A DNA stretch of 37,011 nucleotides from Octopus bimaculoides (GCF_001194135.2 NC_068981.1:110899640-110936650), one strand, 5' to 3'. Numbered from the stretch's first letter, positions 1 through 11,422 are shown. Notes: generated by a model not told the origin, from the letters alone. Made by a program: numbers and translations.

Positions 1-153
1 TCTGTAAAATATTATTTAATTAGTTTAAATGTACACAAATGCATAAAAATAATTTTTAATTCCATTAGACATTCTAAAATGCTATTAAATTTCATTCAAT
101 TTTAAAAAAAGGTAAAATTGGACAGAACTTATGGGATGACCTGATATATATAT

Positions 154-330
154 GAAGATGAAAATCAAACAGGACATCCAGTTGAGTTTGATGATAAGCT
201 CCTTGAGGCATTACTTCAAGAAAATCCTGCATTATCAGTTGAAGAATTGGTAATAAAGCTTAGTTCAAACTATACAACTGTGCATCGTCATCTTCAACAA
301 CTTGGAAAAGCTCCTTAACTTGGAAAGTAA
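154..330 (+). mobile_element. mariner-family transposase fragment (second HTH region)
   Basis: Manual translation EDENQTGHPVEFDDKLLEALLQENPALSVEELVIKLSSNYTTVHRHLQQLGKAP*LGK* resembles the mariner EDxxRSGRP...TVHRHLxxLGK segment; in-frame stops. Confidence 0.8.
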
Positions 331-699
331 TTATTTGGACTTAGAGTATATGTCTAGTTGTATGCCAATTAGAGCACTTTCACTGTTTAGGCTGCCTGGT
401 GTCGTCCTCATTTATGATATAAGTGTCACTGGATTTATGTCAGATTTGCACAATATGGTAGGAACATTATATAACGATTATACATTATTTACAGAAAACA
501 TAACAATTAGATAACTTAAACTCCCTCCAAGTGAAAATGTCTATTGATACAAGTTTGGAACGTAGACCACGGAATAACCTGATGGGCCCACTATACTGTT
601 TAAAGTGAACTTTAAAACAGCCTGTACACTGTCCTGCATATATGTGTGTTTGTCCTTGAAACCTTTGTACCCCACTAACTCATATAGACAGACAATATA

Positions 700-905
700 G
701 TCCTAGACTATCTATCCAAGTAGCATGAACTAACTATCTCTATGATTCCAACTTACCAATATGCATTGAGATCATTGTCAAATTTTATATGTACAATTAT
801 GTACAATTATAGACAATTATAGACTGTTTATCCAAGTAGTATGTACTATGTAATTCCAACTTATACAATATGTACTGTGATTATTGTCAGATTATGTATG
901 TAACT
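700..905. repeat. degenerate tandem duplication, period ~115 bp
   Basis: tagactatctatccaagtagcatg...ttccaactta..caatatg...attgtca recurs as tagactgtttatccaagtagtatg...ttccaacttatacaatatg...attgtca. Confidence 0.55.
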
Positions 906-1149
906 ATGAGAGTGAGTGTGGGTGTCTGACTGCCACTAGACACATACATGCCCTGGAGATGTACTGTCATATCTTTATATGTTCATGCATATATAAATAT
1001 GTTTGTATGGGTGTGTGCAAGGAAGAGTAAATATTTAAATACACATGCTGAGGTGCGATTACATACCTGGAATATAGATGTTTGTATGTGGGCCTGTATG
1101 TATAAAAAATATCTATGCACATTGATAAATGCATTTTTGTGTAGCCATC

Positions 1150-1231
1150 TGGTTCGCCAGTCCTCATTCAAATCGTCCAACCCATGCTAGCGTGGAAGGC
1201 AGGCGTTAAATGATGATGATGATGATGATGA
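1150..1231 (+). mobile_element. isolated 3' tail of the RTE LINE family with (ATG)n end
   Basis: gtccaacccatgctagcgtggaaggcaggcgttaaa(tga)n matches the tails of the longer RTE copies ending at 10212, 12343, 24882 and 31391. Confidence 0.75.
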
Positions 1232-1555
1232 ATGCCTCTGTGCATATGTAAATACTTATATATGTAGCCCTGTATGTTGAAATAGAATAAACACATATAT
1301 GCATATAAATATATGTATCTGTATATGTATGTATGTAAATACTTGAAATATGAATTTGCATGTGTCAAACCACCGCTAAATATATGTCTGAGTGTGTGTC
1401 TATATATATTGGCATGTGCTCCAATCCACAACTTAATAAGTCAGCCCAGTCATCTGTAACTGACTGTAGACTGGCTTCATTTATCTGCCGCTGATATAAA
1501 CATCTTAGTTGTTTATAAACTCATTCAGTGACATTTCCTTAAAGGTGTGAGTGAG

Positions 1556-1697
1556 TGAGTGTATGTGTGTATATGTGTTTATTTCAACATGAGTGTGTGT
1601 ATATGTGTTTGTTTCAACATGAGTGTGTGTATGTGTGTATATGTGTTTGTTTCAACACGAGTGTGTGTATGTCTGTATATGTGTTTGTTTCAACACA
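1556..1697. repeat. minisatellite, ~30-38 bp unit x4
   Basis: gagtgtgtgtatatgtgtttgtttcaaca(t/c) repeated four times. Confidence 0.8.
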
Positions 1698-2084
1698 TGT
1701 ATACCTAACCTTTTTCACTCGATCTTTTAATTTATACCTTTGTCAAGTTTTATTCTCTTTCATTTATTTCTTTAATTTATGTCATGTATTCACTGTGAAT
1801 TATGGGCAGACCCATCTACAGATTATAACCCTGAAATCATTTCCATCCTCTGTAAGTGTAGCCAATATACTACAGGTAACTACAACATGCCAAGCAAAAC
1901 TCAGTATATGTAGTGAGGTATCTTATTTAAATGAGACACCTGATGAGACACAACTTGCATTGATGGATGCAACAAAACTAGCTGTACAATATCCCACCCA
2001 TAAGGGACAGAAGCAAGATGGGTTGAAATGATTGTTGTATTGAATATAGAATCTTGTTAAAATCCATTTTCTTTTTCCCTCACT

Positions 2085-2160
2085 CGTGTGTGTGTGTGTG
2101 TGTATGTATGTATGCATGCATGCATGTGTGTGTGTGTGTATGTCTCTCTCTCTCTCTCTC
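2085..2160. repeat. compound (GT)n/(CT)n microsatellite
   Basis: Direct reading. Confidence 0.9.
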
Positions 2161-2164
2161 CTTT

Positions 2165-2795
2165 TTTTTCTTGTCTTAGCTTTAGAGCTGCAGCCATGCT
2201 GAGCACTGCCGTTAACTTTGCTACACTATCGCTAAACCTCCTTTGTTATGTGGTATTTGACAAATGAGGGAGTTTGATGTTGCTGCCCTCATCTGTGCTT
2301 CTAGCTGCCAGGAGGAGATCTAGTTTTGTTTTGACAGGAGGAGATCTAGTTTTGTTTTGACAGGAGGAAATCTAGTTTTGGTTTGAAGACACATCCACTC
2401 CATGTAGGTCTCAGGTTTTGTGGGAGGATATTGAAGAGGTATGGGCCCTTGAAACTCAAGCTGTTGCAGTATCTGTTCCTATCCTGATGGCAATGTTTGG
2501 ATTTTTGTATTATACAGTGGCACCCCATTTTGCTGTTTGTGTAACTTAAATGCCCAAGTTTTCGGATTTTCCAGATGTATATCACTGCATATCTTTCCCA
2601 TCTTTCTTCTACTTTACTGTTTCAGCCTTCCCCAGTAGCTGACACATTGCATTGAGATGATCTTCTTTGTTTAGCTTTGCTGGATTGCTTTGAGTATCAT
2701 CATTAATTTTACACTGTGTGGTGACCATAGTTGGGAGCAGTAATCTAAAGGGCATATAAAGTTCAAATTTTCTTGCTGTGCAGTCCTTCATTTTT
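2165..2795 (-). mobile_element. CR1-group (Jockey superfamily) LINE, 3' end
   Basis: Minus strand LDYCSQLWSPHSVKL..., SYWGRLKQ, RWERYAVIYIWKI, CNSLSFKGPYLFNILP; same family as 19602-20797; ends in a 3' tail near 2165. Confidence 0.78.
2311..2388. repeat. 26-bp tandem triplication inside the CR1-group LINE
   Basis: ggaggagatctagttttgttttgaca starts at 2311, 2337 and 2363 (third copy imperfect). Confidence 0.9.
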
Positions 2796-2806
2796 TTTTT
2801 TATATA

Positions 2807-2885
2807 CCGTAAAAACCCATATAATTTACACACTTTGGTAAAAATAAAAATAAACTTTAGGGGTGCGTAAATTACATGAGTAGAT
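2807..2885. mobile_element. probable pogo/Tigger-type DNA transposon terminus
   Basis: TA followed by CCGTA..., with internal aatttacacac / gtgcgtaaatt inverted motif; lies downstream of the minus-strand pogo ORF remnant. Confidence 0.45.
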
Positions 2886-3693
2886 CATTTCCAGAATTTT
2901 TTTAGAATTTTTTTTTGTTGAAAAAAGACATACAAAATGTAAACATTGGTACTGGAAGTTGACTAATTGACTGTCAGAATAGGTTTATACAGAAAAAAAT
3001 GAGGGCTTAAATATAATGAAGTTGACTTTTATTTATGCTGGATGGTATAATGCTTACTTTTTCTGTGTAAATTTACTAAAACCATTAAATGGCTAACTAC
3101 TTTTTGAAGTCTGACATTCATGCTGGTAATCATGGTCCAGGCCATATTTTACATTGCTTGGAGTTTCTACCTATTGCAATGGAGCACCACTGATATACAT
3201 AGCGATATGGATATTCTTGACTGAAAAAAATGTAATGATATGGATAATCTTAATTGTATGGTTTTATTGTTGTCTATTTTTCTTATTTTGTTGTGAGATC
3301 GGCAAAATTGTTGAGGATGGTAAGGGAAAGGATGTAAATGTTTACAATTTACATCTTGACTACTACCATTCTTGACATTGCTGTGAGCTACCAACTATTA
3401 GGAGCAGTGTGCAGCTGTTCTGTTGCAATCATGTCTAAAATAAGATTTTCCTGAATATAACTTAACTAAAACAACAAACAGTTTTAAAACTTTTATGTAC
3501 TATATGAATGTACAGGCAACACATAACAAATATTATTATATTGAAATGGATAATATTCTTGTTAAACAATTCATGTTTCAATCTCATTGGTGACTAAGAA
3601 CACTTGTATTTATTGTTCACTTGTTAAAGTCAGTCCTATAAATTAGAAAATTAGTATTTTTAAATCTCACAATGAGAGATATTCAGCAACAGT

Positions 3694-3950
3694 ACTTTGG
3701 AGTAAAGATTTTTGACAACATAACATGGCAGTCCTGGTTTAGGACAAATGTTGCTGTAATTTTGCCCCAGGAAACATTGTCTCCAACTAGCTGTACAACA
3801 CGATCTGTGTCCTTATATTCCTTTGTTTGAAAATATAAGATCGTCTCATGCAGCCAGCTGGAAACAATGTCTCCTGGAGCTAAATTACAGCAACATTCGT
3901 CCTAAACCAGGACTACCATGTTATGTTGGTAAAAATCTTTACTCCAAAGT
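3694..3950. mobile_element. foldback MITE, ~113 bp arms, apparent 4-bp TSD CAGT
   Basis: 3694-3806 is the near reverse complement of 3838-3950 (actttggagtaaagattttt ... aaaaatctttactccaaagt); CAGT at 3690-3693 and 3951-3954. Confidence 0.88.
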
Positions 3951-3954
3951 CAGT

Positions 3955-4285
3955 CCTGTTTATCAAATCCAAAGAACTCGTCCTCATCATACGACATAAA
4001 AAATGCCTCTGCATCAAAGTCATTAGTGTCATTAGTGTCAATATATACCCATTGCATCATTTTGTTCATCAGCATGATCATCACATGTAGCAGGTTTGGT
4101 TTGCCACAAAACATCATCCTGCAAAACATCAAGATGGTTGGAAATGCTGCACTTAAATGATTTCAGTTACCTTGGGGTCAAGTTCATTCCATGCCTCAAG
4201 AATCAATTGGCATATCTTGTCTAATTCAGGCTTTTTCATGTGGTCACCTTTAGTAAAAGAATGTTTAACTTAATTTGCAATACCT
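3955..4285 (-). mobile_element. pogo-family transposase C-terminal remnant
   Basis: HSFTKGDHMKKPELDKICQLILEAWNELDPKV..KSFKCSISNHLDVLQDDVLW followed by acidic tail ...YDEDEFFGF, resembling pogo C-termini; frameshifted. Confidence 0.7.
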
Positions 4286-6022
4286 GTGCATTTTTGTTAT
4301 GATTGTGATTTGAGAAGACATACAGCAGAATACTAAAGATTGGACATAATCTCTTGTGGGCAAGAAATGTAAAATAAAGCTTATTATAAACAGTACAAAC
4401 ACTTTGTAATTTACTAGCTTTTAATGTGATACCTGTTAAACAGAAATTATTTTTATTTAATGAAAATTTAATAAAATTTAATCATAAGTAAGTGAAATTA
4501 TGCTAAATACAACTAAATTGAGAAACTTTTTCCCCTGGGAAAGTTGTTAAAATTAGTCATGATTATCCTTTAGAGAGTTTATATTGTAAGAATCCAAAAC
4601 ATTTTAATAATTTTTTTTCCTCTAAATCCCTTTTGTTACTACATTTGGTTTCAATGGAATTCTATAACAGAGAATTGTGACTGGTTTTGGAAAACAAATA
4701 TAACTTTTATTTATTGATATATATGAATGTGGTATTTGGAATAAAAGAATCTTACATAAATTTATAGTGAAATTAGCAAAATGTAAATTTTTTTTTACAT
4801 ATAACCATATAAAATGAGTTATTAGCCAATATTCAACTGGGATATATAACAGAATTGTAGTATAGAAGAATTATGCACTTCATAAGAACTTGAATGCAAA
4901 AGCAGATGCACCATAAAGGTAAAAAAAAGCCTGAAAACTAGAATTTATTAAAATGTTTGAAGAAAACTATAAAGTGAAATAAATTCATATACATATAATA
5001 CCGATGAAGAGATTCACTCATATAATGAGTTTACAAGCAAATTAAAATTACAAATAAATACAACAAAACTTGTATATGAGGTGAATTTGAAGTAAGTATT
5101 TTAGAAAATTAAATTGTGGATACTAATTAAGCAATATTTATTTCATGGGCAGTTGTAGTCCATCCCACTTTGAAGAATGCACATTGGAAAGCTGTTTCAA
5201 TTGAATGTCTAGTTCGTTTGTGGCGTCAGTATTTTCCAATTTCTAGCAACAACTTTCTTTTTTATGAAGATCTACAGATTTCAGAGGGAAAGAGCATCTG
5301 GTAGACTTTTGTCTCTCTTCCAACACTTGCACTTTTGGGTGAAGTATCTGACTTCAATCTATTTTGCTGCATTGGCTCAGAACTTCAGATGGTAGCATGA
5401 ATTATAGTAAATATAAGGCATTCACAATACTCTTACCACCAATTGTGTAATAGCTCATCATCTGATTTGTCTAACCTACACCAGCAATATAGCTGTTATA
5501 ACTGATGTTTACAAATCTAAATGTAGTTGAGCACAAGTGGACTGAAAATTAATTTGCCTCTTGTCACTACATGCAGTCATTTTCTTTCTATCATTAGATT
5601 ATTTCATCTCTTCTCTTGTATTTTACTTTTTGTGTATCTAATAGCTCTACTTTTTGTATATCTAATGGCTCTCTTCATACAAGTTCTAGTGTTGCTGAAG
5701 ACAATTTTGCTTTTCATCCTTTCATGATTTCTTCTCTCTCTGAATTGGTTATGCATAAGAAAGATCATTGGAGATGTCTCAGAGCATCCTTTCACCAGAA
5801 AAAGAGAGAGGATGAACAAAGTATGAGCAACCTCTCATAGAAAAACTGATATGCTACTAAAACAGTTCAAGGACAACCTAATGTACATCATAGCATAAAG
5901 CAAGATGATTCAGATGTCCGTTTAGTATTTAAATAATCATTAAAACTTTTATTTATAACTGTGCTACATATATATGTGGCCACAACTTCTATGTCCACCA
6001 TATATTCGACTTAATTGAAGTA

Positions 6023-7170
6023 TTGCCAGAAGTCAGAGAAGAAACCATTTTTAATCAAGAACAACTGCAACAAACCATTAATAAACTTCTGCCAACTTTG
6101 AATACTGAGCGAAGATCAGTTTTTGATACAGTTGTCCAGTCCATAAATGGTAAAGAAGAAAGAATTCTGTGCTTGAATGCAAGTGGTGGCACAGGGGAAA
6201 CATGCTCTTAACATTATACTTAATTACCTTACACTTAATTACCTTACACTTAAAAAAAGTTGCAATTGCTACTGCCATGTCAGGTATTGCAGCCACTTTG
6301 TTTCACAAAGGGAGAACTCTTCATTCTAAGTTCAAAATTCCTCTCAGCATCACTGCAGAATCAACATACAGTTTTACAAAGATACAACAGGAAAGCTTAT
6401 GCAGCAAGCGAATCTATTAGTTATTGATAAGATCAGTATGGGGCATAAGCATATCTTTGATTGCTTTGATTGGAGCTTGTGTGATGTGCGAGAGTTTAAC
6501 AAACCTTTTGGTGGACTTACTGTATTACTGTCTGGTGACTGGAAACAAATTCTTCCAGTTGTACATCATGGTGTCAGATCACAAATTGTTGATGCAACAT
6601 TAAAGAGATATTTTCTTTGGGATCATGTGGAAGTAGTGGAGTTGACAATCAGCCTAAGACTTCTTATAGAAGGTCATTCTGATAAAAGAGAGTTTGCTAA
6701 TTGCCTTCTTGATGTAGGAAATGGTAACATTTCTGTTGAACAAAGCCTAAGTGAATTCAAAATCAAACTGCCCAGTGACCTTTGCCTTGAAAGTGGTACT
6801 CTTTCAGATCTCTGTGATTTTGTATATGCTGATCTCAAAAATAACTTCACAAACCCTGTGTAGCTTGCAAGTAGAACCATTGTTACTCCAACAAATGAAG
6901 CAGCAAAATTTGTGAATGACTTTTTGTTGATCAGGATCCCTGGTGAACTAAAACTATACAGAAGCTCAGATACAGTTGATAATGAAACTCTGTACTTAAT
7001 CGAGTTCATCAACAAACTTACACCACCAGGGTTTCCACCACACATTCTCAAACTGAAGAAAAAATGCTGCATAATGCTTCTGAGAAATTTAGATGCTACT
7101 AATGGACATTGCAATGGCATACACTACATCACTGTCAGTTTACATGATCATGTTACTGAGGCTGAGGTTT
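6023..7170 (+). mobile_element. Helitron-type PIF1 (SF1B) helicase, degenerate
   Basis: Walker A NASGGTGET, AxSGIAATL...GRTLHSKFKIP, IDKISM, PFGGLTVLLSGDWKQILPVV, PPHILKLKK..IMLLRNLD..NGHCNG; frameshifts and stop at 6861-6863. Confidence 0.92.
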
Positions 7171-7371
7171 CTCTGTTAATATACATTTATAAAAAGGCAC
7201 TTTTGAAGCGTCTGTTATTATTTACAATCACAAATTTAAATATTTGTTGCCAAGTCAGTTTTAACATTTGAAAACAATATTAATATGTTCTGGCAAAATT
7301 TTCCATTTTCATTTGCAACACAGTCTCTCACTTTCTCTTCCACCTTTAGTTGTTTTCATTAATAATAATCT

Positions 7372-7580
7372 ACTTACTCTTTACTCTTTTACTTGTTTCA
7401 GTCATTTGACTGTGGCCATGCTGGAGCACTGCCTTTAGTCAAGCAAATCAACCCCAGGACTTATTCTTTGTAAGCCTAGTACTTATTCTATTGGTCTTTT
7501 TGCCAAACCGCTAAGTTATGGAGACGTAAACACACCACCGTTGGTTGTCAAGCAATGTTGGGGAGGGGGACACAGACACA

Positions 7581-7646
<66 letters not shown>

Positions 7647-7814
7647 TATATACGACGGGCTTCTTTCAGTTTCCGTCTACCAAATCCACTTGCAAGGCTT
7701 TGGTCGGCTCGAGGCTATATTAGAAGACACTTGCCCAGGGTGCCATGCAGTGGGAGTGAACCCGGAACCATGTGGTTGGTAAGCGAGCTACTTACTACAC
7801 AGCCACTTCTATGC
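7372..7814 (-). mobile_element. tRNA-derived SINE with expanded internal (CA)n tract
   Basis: Collinear with copies at 22045 and 30653; Pol III A-box-like tggctgtgtag and B-box-like ggttcactccc on minus strand. Confidence 0.85.
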
Positions 7815-8274
7815 TTATTGCAATTTTTTCATTTCAAGTTTTATTTTGTTATTTCAGATGAGGAAATCAGGTATTTTGTTGACTTAAATTCGCTGTGTAA
7901 ATGCCCTCAGTTTATTGTTTATACATACTGAAAATAAAGTATATTGGACAACTTATTAAAACTTACTGAAGCTTTGAACTCGTGACTTTTTTCCATTCCG
8001 TCATTATCTAAGAATTAGCAAGTGAATTTGTTGCTATGGCTATTTAATACACTATAGGTATTAAAATATCTCTATGTGATCGCTGCTATTTTTTTGCACA
8101 CTAAACGTAGTTGGACTGCCTTGATGTTTGTTTAAAAAAGAGAGATTATGGCTGTGATGAAATAATAAAAAGAATATTTACTAAGCAAGTGTAAATATTA
8201 GAATTGGGAATCAAATGTGAAAATATTATCAACTGGCTAGCATTTTTTATAGTTAGGTTGCCATGTAGTATAGT

Positions 8275-10212
8275 GAGGTTGACAGCAGTATGGTAGATAA
8301 GGCAATTAAAGCCCCTGGCCCATCTGAAATTACTGCTGAGATGCTCAAAATATTCGGTATAATAGGAGGCAGGTTAGTTACCCCCATAGTTAATCAGGCC
8401 ATTCAGGAAGGTATAATAACCAGTGACTGGTGTAGCAGCATTGTTGTTAGCTGCTACAAGGGTAAAAGAGATTCTTTAGATAGAAGGAATTATAGAGACA
8501 TCAAACTCCTGGACTGGTGATGAACATTACGGAAAGAGTTATAGCCCAATTAATTAGGAGCAAAATTAGGCTAGATGAAATGTAGTTTGGCTTTGTCCTG
8601 GGGAGAAACACTATTGATGCTATTTTCATAGACAACCACAGAAGTACTTAGCTAAGAATAAACCATTATATTTGGCATTCATTGATCTTGAGAAAGCCTT
8701 TGATAGAGTACCCTGCTGTGTGATTTGGTGGGCTTTGAGGAGGTTAGGGGTAGAGAAGTGGCTTGTGAAAGCAATACAGGCCTTGTACAAAGACATTGTC
8801 AGTAAGGTTGGAATTAACAAGTACACTGAAGAATTTGGTGTACAGGTAGATGTTCATCGAGACTCAGTCCTCAATCACTTCCTTTTCATCATTGTCCTGC
8901 AGGCCATAACAGAAGAATTCAAGACCAGCAGCCCCTGGCTACTACTATATACTGATGATCTTGCCCTCATAGTAGATTCCATATCAAAGTTAGAAGAGAA
9001 ATTCTAAGTGTGGAAGCAAAACCTGGAATCCAAAGGCCTTAAGTTTAATTTAGCAAAGACTAAGATCTTAGCAAGTGAGAAAATAGACAGGACCCTATTC
9101 CCTTGAGGTAGGTGGCCACATTTGATTTGTAGGAAAGGTGTTGGCAGGAACACCATATGGTGTACACAGTGTAAGCTATGGACACACAAGAGGTGCAGTG
9201 GATTAATAGGAAGATTATCAGAGAAAGTAGTGTTCATATGTGGAAGATGCATAGGGTCCATAAAAACTATAGAGATTCAGGAAATTGATTCTCTCAAATG
9301 CCCTGACAGTTCATTAGAGGTAGCAGATAATTTTTGCTACCTTGGAGACCAAATTAGTTGTTGGAGAGGATGCACAGAGAGTGTGATAGCTAGAATAAGA
9401 ATAGGATGGAGGAAATTCAGAGAGCTTTTACCTCCATTGACTACAAAAGTTTTCTCTCTCTGAGTGAAAGGAAGATTGTATGATACAATATATATATAGG
9501 CATACATTGAATACGGACAGTAATTCTACATGGTAGTGAAATGTGGGTCCTGATTAAAGAGGACGTGTGAAGGTTAGAGAAGAATGATGCTAGTAGGCTC
9601 CACTGGATGTGTAATGTTAGTGTACATGTTCAACAGAGTACTGGTGTATTGAGAGAGAAGTTAGGTGTAAGAGGTATTAAATGCAGTGTGCAAAAGAGAA
9701 GACTGCTGGTTTGGTCATGTGATGTGGATGGATGCTGACAACTCCATAAAAAAGTGCCAATCTCTCAAAGGAGATGGAACATGTGGAAGACAGAGACCCA
9801 GGAAGACATGGGATGAAGTACTGAAAGATGACCTCAGGACCCTGAACCTTTCAGATGAGATGATAAAGGACCGAGATAACTGGCGCCTTGCTGTACTCAA
9901 GAAGACCCATACACCACAGCAGAAGTGTTAAGGCCACTTCCCATGTTGAAGAGGATTGGCTTGCAAGAGTGGTGTGCCAGTGCAACCTAAAGAGCACTCA
10001 TGCTAGTGCCACATAAAAGCACTTATGTAGTACCACATAAAAGCACCCAGCACACACTGTAAAGTGGTTGGCACTAGGAAGAAACCATGCCAAATCAGAC
10101 TGGAGCTTGGTGCAGCTCTCTGCCTTGCCAGCTTTGGTCAAATTGCCCAACCCATGGGAAACTGTCCACCCCATGGAAAACAGACATTTAAAGTTGAAAT
10201 GATGATGATGAT
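8275..10212 (+). mobile_element. RTE-clade LINE, 5'-truncated, degenerate
   Basis: APGPSEITAEMLK, AFIDLEKAFDRVP, LLYTDDL (YADD), FCYLGD, WFGHVM..RPRKTWDEV; 3' UTR and (ATG)n tail. Confidence 0.92.
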
Positions 10213-10419
10213 CCACTGAGGTCATTGGCCACACTAATAAGGTCACTGTCATTTGCTGTTAAGTTAGTCTGCAGATGGTTCTCATAGAAGTGGTCCTTCT
10301 ATTCATCTGTTAACCTTACCTGTAGGCTATATATAGAGAGAAATGTTGCTGTTGAGTTGTCTATGTTTAGTTTAAATTATCCTATCACACACTTTGACTG
10401 TTTCAATTACTGAATCTAT

Positions 10420-11082
10420 TTCTAAGCTAAGAATAGTGCAAAGCTGCTTTTGAATGTATACATCAGCTATTATTGTTTGATTATCATCTAGCAGCTCCTG
10501 ATGAATTATTCCATGCATATCTCCCCACACACTCAGAAGAATCTTTCTTCGATGCAGGCTACTTCTGGGCTGCTAAGCTGGCTCTCCACCACAACTGAGC
10601 CACTGACATTTTTCCTTAACATTATGGTAAGGTATCTGTTTTTCATCCCTAGTATTAACTCTATTCAAAAGTTGCAGCTCATGAGATCGCAATCATGCAT
10701 GGCACTCAGCATGTTATATGTGATTGTCTGTAGAGAGATCATGTGGGACCCATTTTCTAATCTTTAACACTTTACCAAGCCTTTTCAATTTGCGAAAAAT
10801 GGTGGTATGGCCCACATTGAAGCCTGTACTTAGTTACCAAACTGTAGCAGTTGGGTTTGCTTCTACAGGATCTGACCCTCTTGAGTGCCCTTCTCTTGAT
10901 TCATCCTGTAGGCTGTAGTCTCCATTTCTGAATCATAAAAACCATCTTCTGCTTGTTTTTTGAGTCACTATGCTGTCACCATAAGAGTTTTGGAGTACTT
11001 TTACTGTTACATTTGCACTATTCCATTTTTGAAATTCATAAAGAATAACATGACGAATTTGTTCTTCGCTTGGATCAAACAT
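10420..11082 (-). mobile_element. mariner transposase, degenerate 5' two-thirds
   Basis: MFDPSEEQIRHVILYEFQK...RRWFL*FRNGDYSLQDESREG; LGKVLKIRKWVPHDL; TRDEK; KILLSVWGDMHGIIHQELL. Confidence 0.86.
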
Positions 11083-11257
11083 GGACCCAATGCAACAGCT
11101 TCAGTTATGATAAAATCTGGAAGAAAATGAAAGAAAATGATATACTAATGAGTTTGTTTTGTTTCAAATAGAACTGAGAAGTTAAACGCCTTTAAAATCT
11201 AACTTGATATTTACTTAAAAAGAAAAAAAAAATGGACAAAGCTTTTCGTAAATACAG

Positions 11258-11422
11258 TCTGTTTTTGTAAAGAAGGATATGTAGGATCAATATGTGATCC
11301 ACATCTTTATTTCTCCAACTACACTAAAATAAAAGGGCAACCTGAATGCCATAATGTAAGTAGATATTTTGCATTATGAACAAAACATGTTGTCATTTTG
11401 ATGTTTTATGTATTACTTCAAC
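11258..11422 (+). pseudogene. partial duplicate (pseudo-exon) of the EGF exon plus donor site and ~65 nt of intron
   Basis: 11260-11422 aligns to 12113-12274; 14 mismatches in 96 exonic nt by manual count; donor AAT|GTAAGT at 11356; 3 of 7 Cys codons lost. Confidence 0.8.

Noticed and set aside
330-660. ORF 302-514 and adjacent sequence
   Set aside because: No motif recognised in any frame; left unannotated
1935-1990. Possible hammerhead ribozyme (ctgatgag...caaaac)
   Set aside because: GAAA core is not intact and no stem I complement follows
5000-5097. Short open frame ending at a GAA|GTAAGT donor
   Set aside because: No convincing acceptor, upstream in-frame stop, no domain similarity
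7541-7931. His/Thr-rich ORFs here and at 25564-25866; poly-His/Cys/Val ORFs elsewhere
   Set aside because: Translations of (CA)n, (GT)n and (CAT)n microsatellites
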